A stretch of DNA of 64,000 bases from Opitutia bacterium (GCA_050506795.1 JBJHCF010000005.1:64001-128000); one strand, 5' to 3'. Shown: positions 11,706-22,148, counted from the stretch's first letter. Translations and numbers: made by a program. The notes: generated by a model not told the origin, from the letters alone.

Positions 11706-12071
11706 TCAGGTGGCGAGCCAGCGCCCGCCGGCCAATCCACCGGTCACAAACGCGATCGCAAAAACGGCCCCGGCCAAGGTCAACAGGAGGATTACCGCGC
11801 CGATGATAACGAGACAGGTTTTCAGTTTGCGCAGCGAACGGATGAGGCTCTCCTGGTCGGCGTTTAAATGGGCGCGTCCCGCCGCCCCGGCGGCCTGGAA
11901 AAGCAGAATCCCAGTCCAAACGGGCAGCCAGGCGACGATAAGTCCATAAAAGGTGGCCGCCAACCAGGCCCCCTGTAGAATACAGAGTGCCCCGAGGAAG
12001 CGCATCCAGCCCCTGGCTTCAAAGAGCGGGGCGCTGGTTTCGCGAGTGCGGTTATCCAAGTCGGTGGTCAT
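11706..12071 (-). CDS. Small membrane protein (DUF5362-like)
   Basis: GWMRFLG followed by three hydrophobic segments. Confidence 0.6.
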   Translation of the reverse strand: MTTDLDNRTRETSAPLFEARGWMRFLGALCILQGAWLAATFYGLIVAWLPVWTGILLFQAAGAAGRAHLNADQESLIRSLRKLKTCLVIIGAVILLLTLAGAVFAIAFVTGGLAGGRWLAT

Positions 12072-12173
12072 AGTGCGTTTTAGACATTGCTTCCCGGTTT
12101 TTTAGCCTTTAGTCAAACCAGTGTGGCTGCGGATTCAGTTGATTCCAGGCCGAACTTTGCGGATTTCAGTGCC

Positions 12174-12650
12174 ATGCCTTGGTTAATCAATACTGTTCTT
12201 GCGCTACTCGGTGTCCTTTTTCTGGCCGGATGCGCCACCCGCCCTTCGGGTCCGTTCCGGAATTCCGAAGGGTATGAGACCCTTGCTCCGGTCTCGGTCG
12301 AAGTTATGGAGTATTTTATGGCGGTACAGCACGATACCGTTGCTTCGATTATCCGCGGTGTTGAGGAACGCCTCGAAAATGCGGAAGACCTCAGGGGTTT
12401 CCTGCGCGACACGCGGGAGATCAATGAGCGGACCCGTTTGGCGGCGGACCCGGACTGGATCGAATTCACCCGCCGGTTGCGTCCGGACGATCAGCTGTTC
12501 CTTTTCGAATACCGGGAGCGCTATTATCAGGATTTTGGTATCATGGTGGTGCGCGATAACGAAATCGTCTTTCGGACCGTATGGGAAAGCGCCGCTCCCG
12601 AAGGGGTTGCCCGGGAGTTGCTTCAAAATCCGGAGATCGACCGCCTCTAG
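12174..12650 (+). CDS. Hypothetical lipoprotein
   Basis: MPWLINTVLALLGVLFLAGC lipobox. Confidence 0.6.
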   Translation: MPWLINTVLALLGVLFLAGCATRPSGPFRNSEGYETLAPVSVEVMEYFMAVQHDTVASIIRGVEERLENAEDLRGFLRDTREINERTRLAADPDWIEFTRRLRPDDQLFLFEYRERYYQDFGIMVVRDNEIVFRTVWESAAPEGVARELLQNPEIDRL

Positions 12651-12674
12651 GATTCGGGTTTCGCCGACAGATTC

Positions 12675-13154
12675 CTAGGCGATATTGAGAATCCTGGCCG
12701 CCCCGCCATTGGCCAGCGTGAAGTCTTGTCCCGCCTTCATTCCCCACATCCGGGTGGCGAGCGGTGATTGTGGGGTCAGGACGGTGAGCGTTTCCTCGTT
12801 CACCTCCAGAACCTGCCCCCCGGCGACGGGTGCGACGAAAAAGCGCTCCTCTTCCCCCAGGATCTCACAATGGACCACCGCGCCCAACGCGATCTCGGAG
12901 TTTCCCCCCAAAAGTTCTTTGCGACTGCGCTCCAGGATTTCAATTAATTCCGCCCATTGCCGGGCCTGTTCCGCCTGGCCGGCCGCCAGGTAGGAGGCCT
13001 CCAACCCTTGGGTGTCCCATTGGGATTCCGCCCGGGCCTCCTCGTTGACCGCGTAATCAGCCGCATCCTGGGAAGCGGTAACCGCGTTATTGAGTTCCGC
13101 CTTTAAGGAATCGAGCAGAGCATCGACAACCGAATTCTTATCCATGAACTTCAT
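12675..13154 (-). CDS. GreA/GreB-family elongation-factor-like protein
   Basis: AESQWDTQGLEASYLAAGQA coiled coil; C-terminal VLTPQSPLATRMWGMKAG. Confidence 0.75.
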   Translation of the reverse strand: MKFMDKNSVVDALLDSLKAELNNAVTASQDAADYAVNEEARAESQWDTQGLEASYLAAGQAEQARQWAELIEILERSRKELLGGNSEIALGAVVHCEILGEEERFFVAPVAGGQVLEVNEETLTVLTPQSPLATRMWGMKAGQDFTLANGGAARILNIA

Positions 13155-13422
13155 TCTGGCGGAATTCTTTCTCGAGGCGAGCTCAGGCGGGCCTGGTAAC
13201 GCCGATTTTTGTAGTGGCCTGCTCGACACGCTCCGTCTATTGTTACGGGATCAGGCGCCGAAAGGAGAATCTCCCGCTCCCGATTCGGCCGGGCGGGCCG
13301 ATCCGCAGAAATTCATTTGCCCGGATTTTGATAAAAGATTTGACCCGGAAACGGATTATTTATCTTGATTATCGGTTTAAGGTGCGATTTACAGATCGTT
13401 TCGACTTATCAGATTGTGATTT

Positions 13423-13620
13423 ATGGCCATTGAGATTAAAGTTCGTAAAGGAGAACCCATGGAGCGCGCCATTCGGCGGCTCAAGAAGCGCTTGGATCGC
13501 GAGGGAATCATTAAGGACGCCCGCGCGAAACGTTATTTCGAAAAGCCCTGCGAAGTGAAGCGGCGCAAGAAGAAAGTCGCCGCTTTCAACGATATGTTGC
13601 GCAATCGGCGCAACAGTTGA
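13423..13620 (+). CDS. rpsU: 30S ribosomal protein S21
   Basis: IKVRKGEPMERAIRRLKK, RYFEKP, basic C-terminus. Confidence 0.95.
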   Translation: MAIEIKVRKGEPMERAIRRLKKRLDREGIIKDARAKRYFEKPCEVKRRKKKVAAFNDMLRNRRNS

Positions 13621-13710
13621 GTGCCGCGGGAGCGGTTCCAGGCGCCCGCCGTAACGCGGACCGGCCTGATAAACAACTTGCTGCCTCACCAATTTTAACC
13701 GGACTCAACC

Positions 13711-14652
13711 ATGCCCGTATCACTGTCAACGAGTTGGTGTTCCGGCCGCCACCGTGATGGTTATGAGATGATCAAAGAGATGGCGGATTTGGGTTTCGAG
13801 TACGTCGAGCTCAGCCACGGGATCCGCGTTTCACTGGTGCCCGGTATCCTGCAGGCGGTCCACGAGAAAATCGTCAAGATCTCTTCGGTCCATAATTTTT
13901 GCCCCCTTCCCAACGGGGTTCAGTATCCGGCCCCCAACCTGTTCAAACCATCCGCCCTGGGGAGCCAGGAAAGCCATTTGTGGTTGCGACACACCAGGCG
14001 CACCTTCGAATTCGCTGAGCGCATGAAAGCGCCTTTGGTGGTAACCCACCTCGGGTCGATTTCTTTCCCATTCTGGTCGCCCGCCGGCAAATTGGAGCGG
14101 ATGCGCGAGCGGGTTACCGACAGCATTCACGATGATCCCCGTTACCAGGCCGTTCTGGAGAAAACCCGGGCCAGGCTGAAAAAGCGTAAGCCCAAGTTTT
14201 GGGCCCAGGTGTTGCGCAATCTGGAACGCGTGCTTCCCTCCGCGGAGGAAAACCGGATCAAGATCGGGGTGGAGAACCGTGAGGCCATAACGGAACTGCC
14301 GCTCGACGACGACTTCAGCGAGTTGTTTAGCGAACTTTCCTCCACCGAACACGTGGGCTACTGGCACGATGCCGGCCACGCCCAGATCAAGGAGTGGTAT
14401 GGTCTGGCCGAACATGAAACCCTGTTGCTGGAAAACGGTCACCGGCTGTTGGGGTTTCATCTTCACGACGTTTCCACCGAGGGGAAAGACCACCAACCGC
14501 TGGGTAGCGGGGTGGTGGATTTTGACATGATCGCCAAGTATATCCGCCCGGAACACGCGGTGATCCTGGAGTTCAGTCCGGTGCTGCGGCCGGAGGAGGT
14601 TCTGGAGTCCAAGGCCTTCCTCGAATCCCTGTTGTCCCGCCGGACGGCGTGA
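13711..14652 (+). CDS. Xylose isomerase-like / AP endonuclease 2 TIM-barrel protein
   Basis: GFEYVEL, IGVEN, WHDAGH, FHLHD, DHQPLGSGVVDF, ILE metal-binding motifs. Confidence 0.8.
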   Translation: MPVSLSTSWCSGRHRDGYEMIKEMADLGFEYVELSHGIRVSLVPGILQAVHEKIVKISSVHNFCPLPNGVQYPAPNLFKPSALGSQESHLWLRHTRRTFEFAERMKAPLVVTHLGSISFPFWSPAGKLERMRERVTDSIHDDPRYQAVLEKTRARLKKRKPKFWAQVLRNLERVLPSAEENRIKIGVENREAITELPLDDDFSELFSELSSTEHVGYWHDAGHAQIKEWYGLAEHETLLLENGHRLLGFHLHDVSTEGKDHQPLGSGVVDFDMIAKYIRPEHAVILEFSPVLRPEEVLESKAFLESLLSRRTA

Positions 14653-14698
14653 ACAGATCGGGATTGTTTCCGCACCCCGGGTGTTTAGGCTGCGGTCC

Positions 14699-16504
14699 AT
14701 GAGTTCCATTCGCATACTCTCGGACCAGGTGGCCAATCAGATTGCCGCCGGCGAGGTTATCGAACGTCCGGCCGCCGTGGTCAAGGAGTTGGTGGAAAAC
14801 AGTATCGATGCCGGCGCCCGGCGTTTGGAGGTGGAATTTCGTCACGGCGGACGCTCCTACATGCGCGTTGAGGACGACGGTCGCGGGATGGTGCGGGACG
14901 ACGCCCTGCTTTCGCTGGAGCGGCACGCCACCAGTAAGATCCTGGAGGCGAGCGACCTGGATTTGATCACTTCCTTCGGTTTCCGTGGAGAAGCGCTTCC
15001 GTCCGTTGCCAGTGTCTCCCGCTTTCTGTTGCGGACCCGGTCGGCCCGGGAGTCCGTCGGAACCGAGGTGCTGGTCAACGGCGGGAAGATTCTGCATGTG
15101 CGCGATTGCGGCATGCCGCCGGGCACCCGCATCGAAGTGAGCCACCTCTTCAACTCGGTGCCGGCGCGCCGGAAGTTCCTGAAGACCGATCCGACCGAGG
15201 CGGGTCATATCATCAACTGCGTGCGGCTTTACGCCCTGGCCCACCCGGATAAGGCGTTCACACTCATCGACAATGGCCGGGTCCTGTTCCAATCCCCTCC
15301 CTGCAACGATCTCCGGGAGAGGATCGCCGAGATTTTCGGGCGCAAGCTTCTCGACGACTTGCTGGAAATCGACGAGTCCGGTGACGGGCTCCGGTTGCAC
15401 GGGTTCATCGGCCGGCCCGGGGTGGGGCGATCAACCCGGCACGAAACCGTGACCTTCGTCAATCGACGCCCGGTGGACAGTCGCACCCTGGTCTATGCGC
15501 TGCTCGAATCCTATCACGCCTCCCTGGGAAAAGGGCGCCATCCGGTGGCCTTTCTCTTTCTCGAAATGGATTCCCGCGGGGTCGATGTGAACGTCCACCC
15601 GGCGAAGCGCGAGGTCCGGTTTCGCGAGGAAGGCCGGGTGCGGCGCTTTGTGGTGCAGGCGGTCCTGCGACGCCTTCAGACCGCCGGCCGCGAGATGGGT
15701 GATCCTCGGTCGGCACCCGGCGCCCAGGCGTTGTCCACCTCATCGGCGCCCGCGGTGCGCTTGACGATGCCCGAATCCGGCAGGGCTTCGCGGATCGTTT
15801 CCCAGGCAACGGCTTCGCGGGAAAACGACGGACCGCAACGCCCGCCGCCGCAACATGAGGCCGTCCGCACGGTTGCCGGACCGGAGAGCGCCGGTCCGGC
15901 CGACGAGGATTTCCCGGCCAGGCCGCCCCTGGATTGGCGCTTCCTTGGGGTTATTCAGGGCCGGCTGGGGGTTTTCGAAAGGGAGAACGGGTTGATCCTG
16001 GTCGATCGGCGGGCCGCCCATGAGCGGGTGATGTACGAGGAGGTTCTCGCCCGTTTTGAAAAAGAAAGGCCGGTGGTCCAGGCATTGTTGTTTCCCGTGC
16101 CCCTGGAAGTTGACGCTATCGCGGCGGGCCTGCTGCAGGAGCATCGGGAGTTTCTCCTGACGAGCGGTTTTGAAATCGCGCCCTTCGGACGGAATTTCTT
16201 CCGGGTGGAAACGGCTCCCGACTGGATTGCCCCCGAGCAGGTTGAGCCGTTCTTGCGCGATCTGATCGGCTCAATGAAGGAGGAAAACCTGCCTTCCTCC
16301 CGGCCCGCCCTGGCCCGGGAACGATTCGCGCGGCTGGCTGCGGCGCGGGCCGTTCGCCTGGGAGACCAGTGCGGGGAAGCCGAACTGGTATCGCTCGTTC
16401 TGGATTTGCTCGCCTGTGAACAGCCGCTGACCAATCCGCAGGGGCGCCCCACCCTGATCGAGATCGATCAGGGGGAACTGGACAAGCGGTTTCAGCGGCG
16501 ATGA
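14699..16504 (+). CDS. mutL: DNA mismatch repair protein MutL
   Basis: NQIAAGEVIERPAAVVKELVENSIDAGA, HATSK, GFRGEAL, DVNVHPAKREVRF. Confidence 0.96.
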   Translation: MSSIRILSDQVANQIAAGEVIERPAAVVKELVENSIDAGARRLEVEFRHGGRSYMRVEDDGRGMVRDDALLSLERHATSKILEASDLDLITSFGFRGEALPSVASVSRFLLRTRSARESVGTEVLVNGGKILHVRDCGMPPGTRIEVSHLFNSVPARRKFLKTDPTEAGHIINCVRLYALAHPDKAFTLIDNGRVLFQSPPCNDLRERIAEIFGRKLLDDLLEIDESGDGLRLHGFIGRPGVGRSTRHETVTFVNRRPVDSRTLVYALLESYHASLGKGRHPVAFLFLEMDSRGVDVNVHPAKREVRFREEGRVRRFVVQAVLRRLQTAGREMGDPRSAPGAQALSTSSAPAVRLTMPESGRASRIVSQATASRENDGPQRPPPQHEAVRTVAGPESAGPADEDFPARPPLDWRFLGVIQGRLGVFERENGLILVDRRAAHERVMYEEVLARFEKERPVVQALLFPVPLEVDAIAAGLLQEHREFLLTSGFEIAPFGRNFFRVETAPDWIAPEQVEPFLRDLIGSMKEENLPSSRPALARERFARLAAARAVRLGDQCGEAELVSLVLDLLACEQPLTNPQGRPTLIEIDQGELDKRFQRR

Positions 16505-16538
16505 TTCGGACCCGCGTCGACGGAGGCGTTGGCTGGAA

Positions 16539-17120
16539 CTAGATCTTGGTGACGATTTCGTCGGCCAAACCGTATTCGATCGCTTCGTTGGCGTTCAGGT
16601 AGAAGTCCCGGTCCGTGTCCTTGGTGATCTTTTCCAGGGGTTGGCCGGAGGCTTCCGACAGGATCTTGTTCAGCTCGGCGCGGAGTTTTTCCATCTCCGT
16701 GGCCTGGATGTTGATATCCACCGCCGGAGCCACCATGCGGCCCGCCAGCAGCGGTTGATGGATAAGCACCCGGGAGTGGGGGAATACATAGCGGCGGCCT
16801 TTCGGGGCGGCGCAGAGGAGGATCGAACCCATACTGGCGGCCATTCCGGTCACCACCACACTGATCGGGGAGCTGATCAATTGGAGGGTGTCGTAAATCG
16901 CCATACCCGAAGTGATCGAACCTCCCGGCGTGTCGATGTAGAAAGTGATGTCCTTACCCGGATCCGTGGCTTCCAAGTACAAAAGCTTCTCCACGGTCTC
17001 CTTGCCGCTCTCGCCGTTGACCTCTCCCCAGAGGAATACCTTCCTCTGTTCGAGGAACTTCTTTTCCATGAGAATCTGAACCGAATCCCGTGGTGCGTTA
17101 TCTTCCTTTTTTTCAGGCAT
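16539..17120 (-). CDS. clpP: Clp protease proteolytic subunit
   Basis: DTPGGS, GMAASMGS (Ser), IHQP (His), TDRDFY (Asp). Confidence 0.95.
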   Translation of the reverse strand: MPEKKEDNAPRDSVQILMEKKFLEQRKVFLWGEVNGESGKETVEKLLYLEATDPGKDITFYIDTPGGSITSGMAIYDTLQLISSPISVVVTGMAASMGSILLCAAPKGRRYVFPHSRVLIHQPLLAGRMVAPAVDINIQATEMEKLRAELNKILSEASGQPLEKITKDTDRDFYLNANEAIEYGLADEIVTKI

Positions 17121-17232
17121 AATTGTGCCCAGTTAAATGGGGAACACACCCAAGCGCAAGTGTGATGCGAGAATTCAAATGAACATTGACGCGGCCCGCG
17201 ACTGCGCTGAAAATTATCTCCGGTTAACGCTT

Positions 17233-17307
17233 GTCCCCGTAGTTCAAAGGATAGAACCGCGGTTTCCTAAACCGTTAATCCCAGTTCGAGTCTGGGCGGG
17301 GGCACCA
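17233..17307 (+). tRNA. tRNA-Arg(CCT)
   Basis: Acceptor GTCCCCG/CGGGGGC, D-arm gttc..gaac, anticodon arm gcggt-TTCCTAA-accgt, T-arm cccag-TTCGAGT-ctggg, encoded CCA. Confidence 0.96.
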
Positions 17308-17500
17308 GAATTAACCCCGACTGATTGACCGTAAGGCTCCGTTTACAGAGGCGCACGGATCAATTAGCGGATGACTATCAAAACTTTACCTTGGTCGAGG
17401 CGTTGCCCGAAAACCCTTGCTCCTTCGATGCCCTTGACTTACGAATTTTCGTCGACACTCGTGCCCCGATTCCGGCCGAGCCCCTTTCCGATCTCGAACA

Positions 17501-20281
17501 ATGGTCAACCAGAATCCCGAACAAGTCGCCCGCGACAAGATCGACCGCCAGCTTGCCGAGGCCGGTTGGGTGGTTCAGGACAAGCGGTCGATCGACCTGA
17601 ACAAGGGCGTGGGACAGGCGGTGCGGGAGTACACCACAGACGTCGGGCCGGCGGATTACGTCTTGTTTGTGGGCGGGACGCCGGTGGGGGTGGTCGAGGC
17701 GAAAAAGGAAACGCTGGGGCAGAGCATCACGACCGCCGAGGATCAGACGGAGGAATACGCCCATGCCAAGCTAAAATGGGTCAACAACGACGATCCGCTC
17801 CCGTTCCTGTACGAGGCGACGGGAATCCTGACCCGCTTCACCGACGTCCGTGACCCGAAACCCCGCTCACGCGAAGTTTTCACTTTTCACCGTCCCGAAA
17901 TGCTCAAGATCTGGCTGGAGGCCGGAAGTTCTCTCCGCTCCCGAATTCACGAGATGCCTCCGCTCAATCCCGACGGCAAACCCGCCCGGGAACTCGGGCT
18001 GCGTGACTGCCAGGAGCGGGCCATCGTCAACCTGGAACAGTCCCTGAAGGAGAACCGTCCCCGCGCCCTGATCCAGATGGCCACCGGCGCGGGAAAGACG
18101 TTTACCGCGATCACCTCCATTTATCGGTTACTCAAGTTCGCCAAGGCCCGGCGGGTTCTCTTCCTGGTCGATACCCGAAACCTCGGGGAGCAGGCCGAAC
18201 AGGAGTTCATGGCTTACGTCCCCACCGACGACAACCGGAAGTTCACCGAGCTATACAACGTGCAGCGCCTCCGTTCCTCCGCCGTCGTCCCGGATCTGCA
18301 AGTCTGCATCAGCACGATTCAGCGCATGTACTCCATCCTCAAAGGCGAGGAGCTCGACGAGGCCCTGGAGGAAGATCACCCCGCCGAGCACCGGCCCGCG
18401 CGCAAGGAACCGTTTCCAGTGGTTTACAATCCCCGCCTGCCGATCGAGTTCTTCGATTTCATCATCATCGACGAATGCCACCGCTCCATCTACAACCTCT
18501 GGCAGCAGGTGCTCGACTACTTCGACGCCTTCCTGATTGGCCTGACCGCCACCCCCGACAAGCGCACCCACGCGTTCTTCAAGAAGAACCTGGTGAGCGA
18601 GTACGACCACGAGCAGGCGGTTGCCGACGGTGTCAACGTCGGCAACGAGGTGTACGTCATCGAAACCGAAGTCACTGCGGACGGCGGAACCATTCCCGCC
18701 CGGCAATGGGTCGAGAAACGCGAAAAACTCACCCGCGCGCGCCGCTGGGAGCTCCAGGATGAAGAGGAGGATTACGTCGCCTCTCAGCTCGACAGGAAAA
18801 TCGTCAATCCCGATCAGATTCGCACCGTCGTCCGCACCTTCCGTCAAAAACTACCGGAAATTTTCCCCGCACGCGAGGAGGTTCCCAAGACCCTTGTCTT
18901 CGCCAAAACCGACAGCCACGCCGACGACATTATCCAGATCATTCGGGAGGAGTTCGGCGAGGGAAACCAGTTCTGCAAAAAGGTCACCTATCGGAACGAA
19001 GAAGACCCGAAATCCGTGCTCGCCCAGTTCCGCAACGGCTACAACCCCCGGATCGCGGTCACCGTGGACATGATCGCCACCGGGACCGACGTCAAACCGA
19101 TCGAATGCGTCCTCTTCATGCGCGACGTCAAGAGCCGCAATTATTTCGAACAGATGAAAGGCCGCGGCACGCGGGTCCTCGACTTCGACGACCTGAAGAA
19201 AGTGACCCCCTCCGCCCGGAGCGCCAAGACCCACTACGTCATCGTCGATGCGGTCGGCGTCACCAAATCCCGCAAAACCGCCAGCCCACCGCTGATCACC
19301 CGGCCCAGTGTTCCCCTGAAGGACCTCGCCATGAGTGTGATGATGGGAACCCACGACCCCGACACCGTTTCGTCCCTGGCCGGACGCCTGGCGCGCCTCG
19401 AAAAACAACTCGATTCCGGCGAGCAGGCCGTGGTCGCCGAAAAGGCCGGCGGCAAACCTCTCGGCGGCCTGGTCAAGGACCTCTTCAACGCCATCGACCC
19501 CGACAATATCGAGGCCCGCGCCTGCGAACTCGCGAATCAGCCTCCCGGCACCAATCCCGGCGACGCCAACCGCGACAAGGCCCGGGCTGAGATGGTGAAA
19601 GAGGCCGCCAACGTCCTGACCGGAGATTTCATCAACACCATCGACGGAATCCGCCGCGAAAAGGAGCAGACCATCGACCACGACAACCTCGACCGCCTCC
19701 TCCGCGCCGAGTGGGACCAGGAAGCCCGGGAGAACGCCGAAAACATCGCCCGGGAATTCGCTGAATACCTCGAACGCAACAAAGACGGTTTCGCCGCCCT
19801 GACTCTCTTTTACGACCAGCCCTACCGCCGCCGGGAAGTGACCTACGAAATGGTCAACGAACTCCTCGAGAAGCTCAAAACCGACGCCCCGAAGCTCGCC
19901 CCGCTCCGCGTCTGGCAGGCGTACGGGCAGATTGAGAATACACGCAAAACGCCCCACAGCGAATTGACCGCCCTCGTCGCGCTTATCCGCCGCGTCTGCG
20001 GTATCGACGAAACCCTGACGCCCTTCGGCGACACCGTCCGCCGCAACTTCCAGGAATGGGTCCTCCAGCGCCACGCCGGCAACACCGAAAAATTCAACGA
20101 AGAACAAATGCACTGGCTCCAACTCATCCGCGACCACGTCAGCACCAGCCTGCACTTCGAACGCGACGACCTCGACTACGCCCCCTTCGACAGCAAAGGC
20201 GGCCTCGCCCGCATGCACGACCTCTTCGGCGATGAGATGGATGAGCTGATCGATGAATTGAATGGGGCTTTGGTGGGATGA
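17501..20281 (+). CDS. hsdR: Type I restriction enzyme R subunit (EcoEI/EcoAI-like)
   Basis: PADYVL...VVEAK nuclease motif, MATGAGKT, IIDECHRS, GLTATP, TGTDVK, QMKGRGTR, EcoEI_R-like C-terminus. Confidence 0.93.
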   Translation: MVNQNPEQVARDKIDRQLAEAGWVVQDKRSIDLNKGVGQAVREYTTDVGPADYVLFVGGTPVGVVEAKKETLGQSITTAEDQTEEYAHAKLKWVNNDDPLPFLYEATGILTRFTDVRDPKPRSREVFTFHRPEMLKIWLEAGSSLRSRIHEMPPLNPDGKPARELGLRDCQERAIVNLEQSLKENRPRALIQMATGAGKTFTAITSIYRLLKFAKARRVLFLVDTRNLGEQAEQEFMAYVPTDDNRKFTELYNVQRLRSSAVVPDLQVCISTIQRMYSILKGEELDEALEEDHPAEHRPARKEPFPVVYNPRLPIEFFDFIIIDECHRSIYNLWQQVLDYFDAFLIGLTATPDKRTHAFFKKNLVSEYDHEQAVADGVNVGNEVYVIETEVTADGGTIPARQWVEKREKLTRARRWELQDEEEDYVASQLDRKIVNPDQIRTVVRTFRQKLPEIFPAREEVPKTLVFAKTDSHADDIIQIIREEFGEGNQFCKKVTYRNEEDPKSVLAQFRNGYNPRIAVTVDMIATGTDVKPIECVLFMRDVKSRNYFEQMKGRGTRVLDFDDLKKVTPSARSAKTHYVIVDAVGVTKSRKTASPPLITRPSVPLKDLAMSVMMGTHDPDTVSSLAGRLARLEKQLDSGEQAVVAEKAGGKPLGGLVKDLFNAIDPDNIEARACELANQPPGTNPGDANRDKARAEMVKEAANVLTGDFINTIDGIRREKEQTIDHDNLDRLLRAEWDQEARENAENIAREFAEYLERNKDGFAALTLFYDQPYRRREVTYEMVNELLEKLKTDAPKLAPLRVWQAYGQIENTRKTPHSELTALVALIRRVCGIDETLTPFGDTVRRNFQEWVLQRHAGNTEKFNEEQMHWLQLIRDHVSTSLHFERDDLDYAPFDSKGGLARMHDLFGDEMDELIDELNGALVG

Positions 20282-21900
20282 GCGGGAAGGTAGAAGGAAG
20301 AAGGATGAAGGAAGAAGTGCCGGAGGGGTGGGTCTTATGCAAATTGTCGGATATCGGAGATATCGTAGCAGGAGGGACTCCATCTCGAAATGAACCATCC
20401 TTTTGGGGCGGCGATGTGCCATGGATATGCCCTTCGGACCTAACGGGCTATAAGTTCAAATACATCTCGAAAGGAAAGAGTTCATTGACAAATCATGGAC
20501 TTACCAAGAGTTCTGCAAAGTTGATGCCGAAAGGGAGCGTTCATTTTTCATCAAGAGCTCCTATTGGATATGTCGTAATTTCATCGGTAAACTTATCAAC
20601 GAACCAGGGGTTCAAGAGTTTGGTTCCCGCCAGGGGTGTCTTTAATGAGTATATTTATTATTATCTGAAAGGCTCAAAAGCCAAGGCCGAAGCACTTGCG
20701 ACTGGGACGACATTCAAAGAAATATCAGGGTCTGCTTTTAGCCGCTTTCCCTGTGCTCTCCCTCCCCTCAACGAACAACAGCGAATTGTCGCTAAAATCG
20801 AAGAGCTCTTCTCCGAACTGGATGCGGCGGCGGCGAGTTTCAAGCAGGCGCGGAAGCAACTCGGTGCTTACCGGCAGTCCCTGCTCAAACGGGCCTTCGA
20901 AGGCAAGCTGACCGAACAGTGGAGATCCGAAAACGCCGACAAGCTGGAGTCCGCCGAAGAACTCCTGGAACGCATCCGGAAGGAACGTGAAGCGCGGTAC
21001 CAACAACAACTCGCCGACTGGCAGGCTGCGGTCAAGGAGTGGGAGGCTTCCGGGAAGAAAGGGAAGAATCCCGCCAAACCCCGTGCGCTTAAATCATCTC
21101 AGCCGATCACGGCAGATGAGCTTGCCGAGTTGCCAAGATTACCGGAGGGGTGGGCTCAGGCAAGGCTGGGTGAAGTTATTGACGGTATCGATGCAGGAAA
21201 AAGTTTTGCGTGCGACGAGAGAATCCCCTCCGACGGAGAGGTTGGTGTAGCGAAAGTAAGTGCTGTGACTTGGGGCGAATACAACGAGCTGGAAAGCAAG
21301 ACATGCCTAGATAAAGCAAAGGAGAATTCTGAATACCTGATACGTGAGGGTGATTTTCTCCTCAGTCGCGCAAATACCATCGATCTCGTTGGGGCCTGTG
21401 TCATTGCTAAGAATGTGACTAAACGGATCATGCTTAGTGATAAAACACTGAGGATCCGATTTTCGGGAATTTGTCGTCAGTTTATTCTGCTATATCTACG
21501 CAGCCGGGTTGGCAGACTCGAAATCATGAAGCGTTCGACCGGAAATCAGGAGTCGATGCGTAATATTGGTCAGGACCGTGTTTCAGCGATCATATTCCCC
21601 CTCTGTTCCCTTTTCGAACAAAACGAAATCGTCCGCATCCTCGACGAGCAATTCGAAGCCATCGAACAGAACGAGAAGGAAATCGATTCCGCGCTGAAAA
21701 GGATAGAGGCGCTCCGGCAGTCCGTCCTTAAAAAGGCTTTTTCGGGAAAACTCGTTCCTCAGGATCCGAACGACGAGCCGGCGAGTGTTCTCCTGGAGCG
21801 GATTCGGGAGGAGCGGCGGTCCGCGGAGGGGGCGCGTGTTGGAAACCGGACGAAGCGGCGCGCGAAAGCCGCGTCCAAACCGGCGGGAGCGATGGGATGA
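20278..21900 (+). CDS. hsdS: Type I R-M specificity subunit
   Basis: Two AT-richer TRDs each starting PEGW; LPPLNEQQRIV and PLCSLFEQNEIV; RQSLLKRAFEG and RQSVLKKAFSG; ATGA overlap with hsdR. Confidence 0.93.
   Translation: MSGKVEGRRMKEEVPEGWVLCKLSDIGDIVAGGTPSRNEPSFWGGDVPWICPSDLTGYKFKYISKGKSSLTNHGLTKSSAKLMPKGSVHFSSRAPIGYVVISSVNLSTNQGFKSLVPARGVFNEYIYYYLKGSKAKAEALATGTTFKEISGSAFSRFPCALPPLNEQQRIVAKIEELFSELDAAAASFKQARKQLGAYRQSLLKRAFEGKLTEQWRSENADKLESAEELLERIRKEREARYQQQLADWQAAVKEWEASGKKGKNPAKPRALKSSQPITADELAELPRLPEGWAQARLGEVIDGIDAGKSFACDERIPSDGEVGVAKVSAVTWGEYNELESKTCLDKAKENSEYLIREGDFLLSRANTIDLVGACVIAKNVTKRIMLSDKTLRIRFSGICRQFILLYLRSRVGRLEIMKRSTGNQESMRNIGQDRVSAIIFPLCSLFEQNEIVRILDEQFEAIEQNEKEIDSALKRIEALRQSVLKKAFSGKLVPQDPNDEPASVLLERIREERRSAEGARVGNRTKRRAKAASKPAGAMG
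20286..20317 (+). repeat. Degenerate heptamer tandem repeat (GAAGGWW x4 + GAAG) at the 5' end of hsdS
   Basis: gaaggta gaaggaa gaaggat gaaggaa gaag. Confidence 0.7.
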
Positions 21901-22148
21901 GCGATTTGGTTTACACGGAACACGCCAAGGAGCGCATGGCCCGGCGGGGGATTGCCGAAGACTGGGTGGAGCGGACTGTGAGCGACCCGGTCCGCATCGA
22001 AGCCGATCCGGTGGATGAGGCTCTGGAGCACCGGCTAGCCGTGATCCCGGAATTCGACAATCGGGTTTTGCGCGTTATCCTTTCAAAGGAAACGCCGCAT
22101 CGCGTTATTACAGCCTATTTCGACCGCAAATGGAAAGGAAACGTATGA
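21897..22148 (+). CDS. DUF4258-family putative toxin
   Basis: YTEHAKERMARRGI, LRVI, VITAY; ATGA overlaps on both sides. Confidence 0.85.
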   Translation: MSDLVYTEHAKERMARRGIAEDWVERTVSDPVRIEADPVDEALEHRLAVIPEFDNRVLRVILSKETPHRVITAYFDRKWKGNV

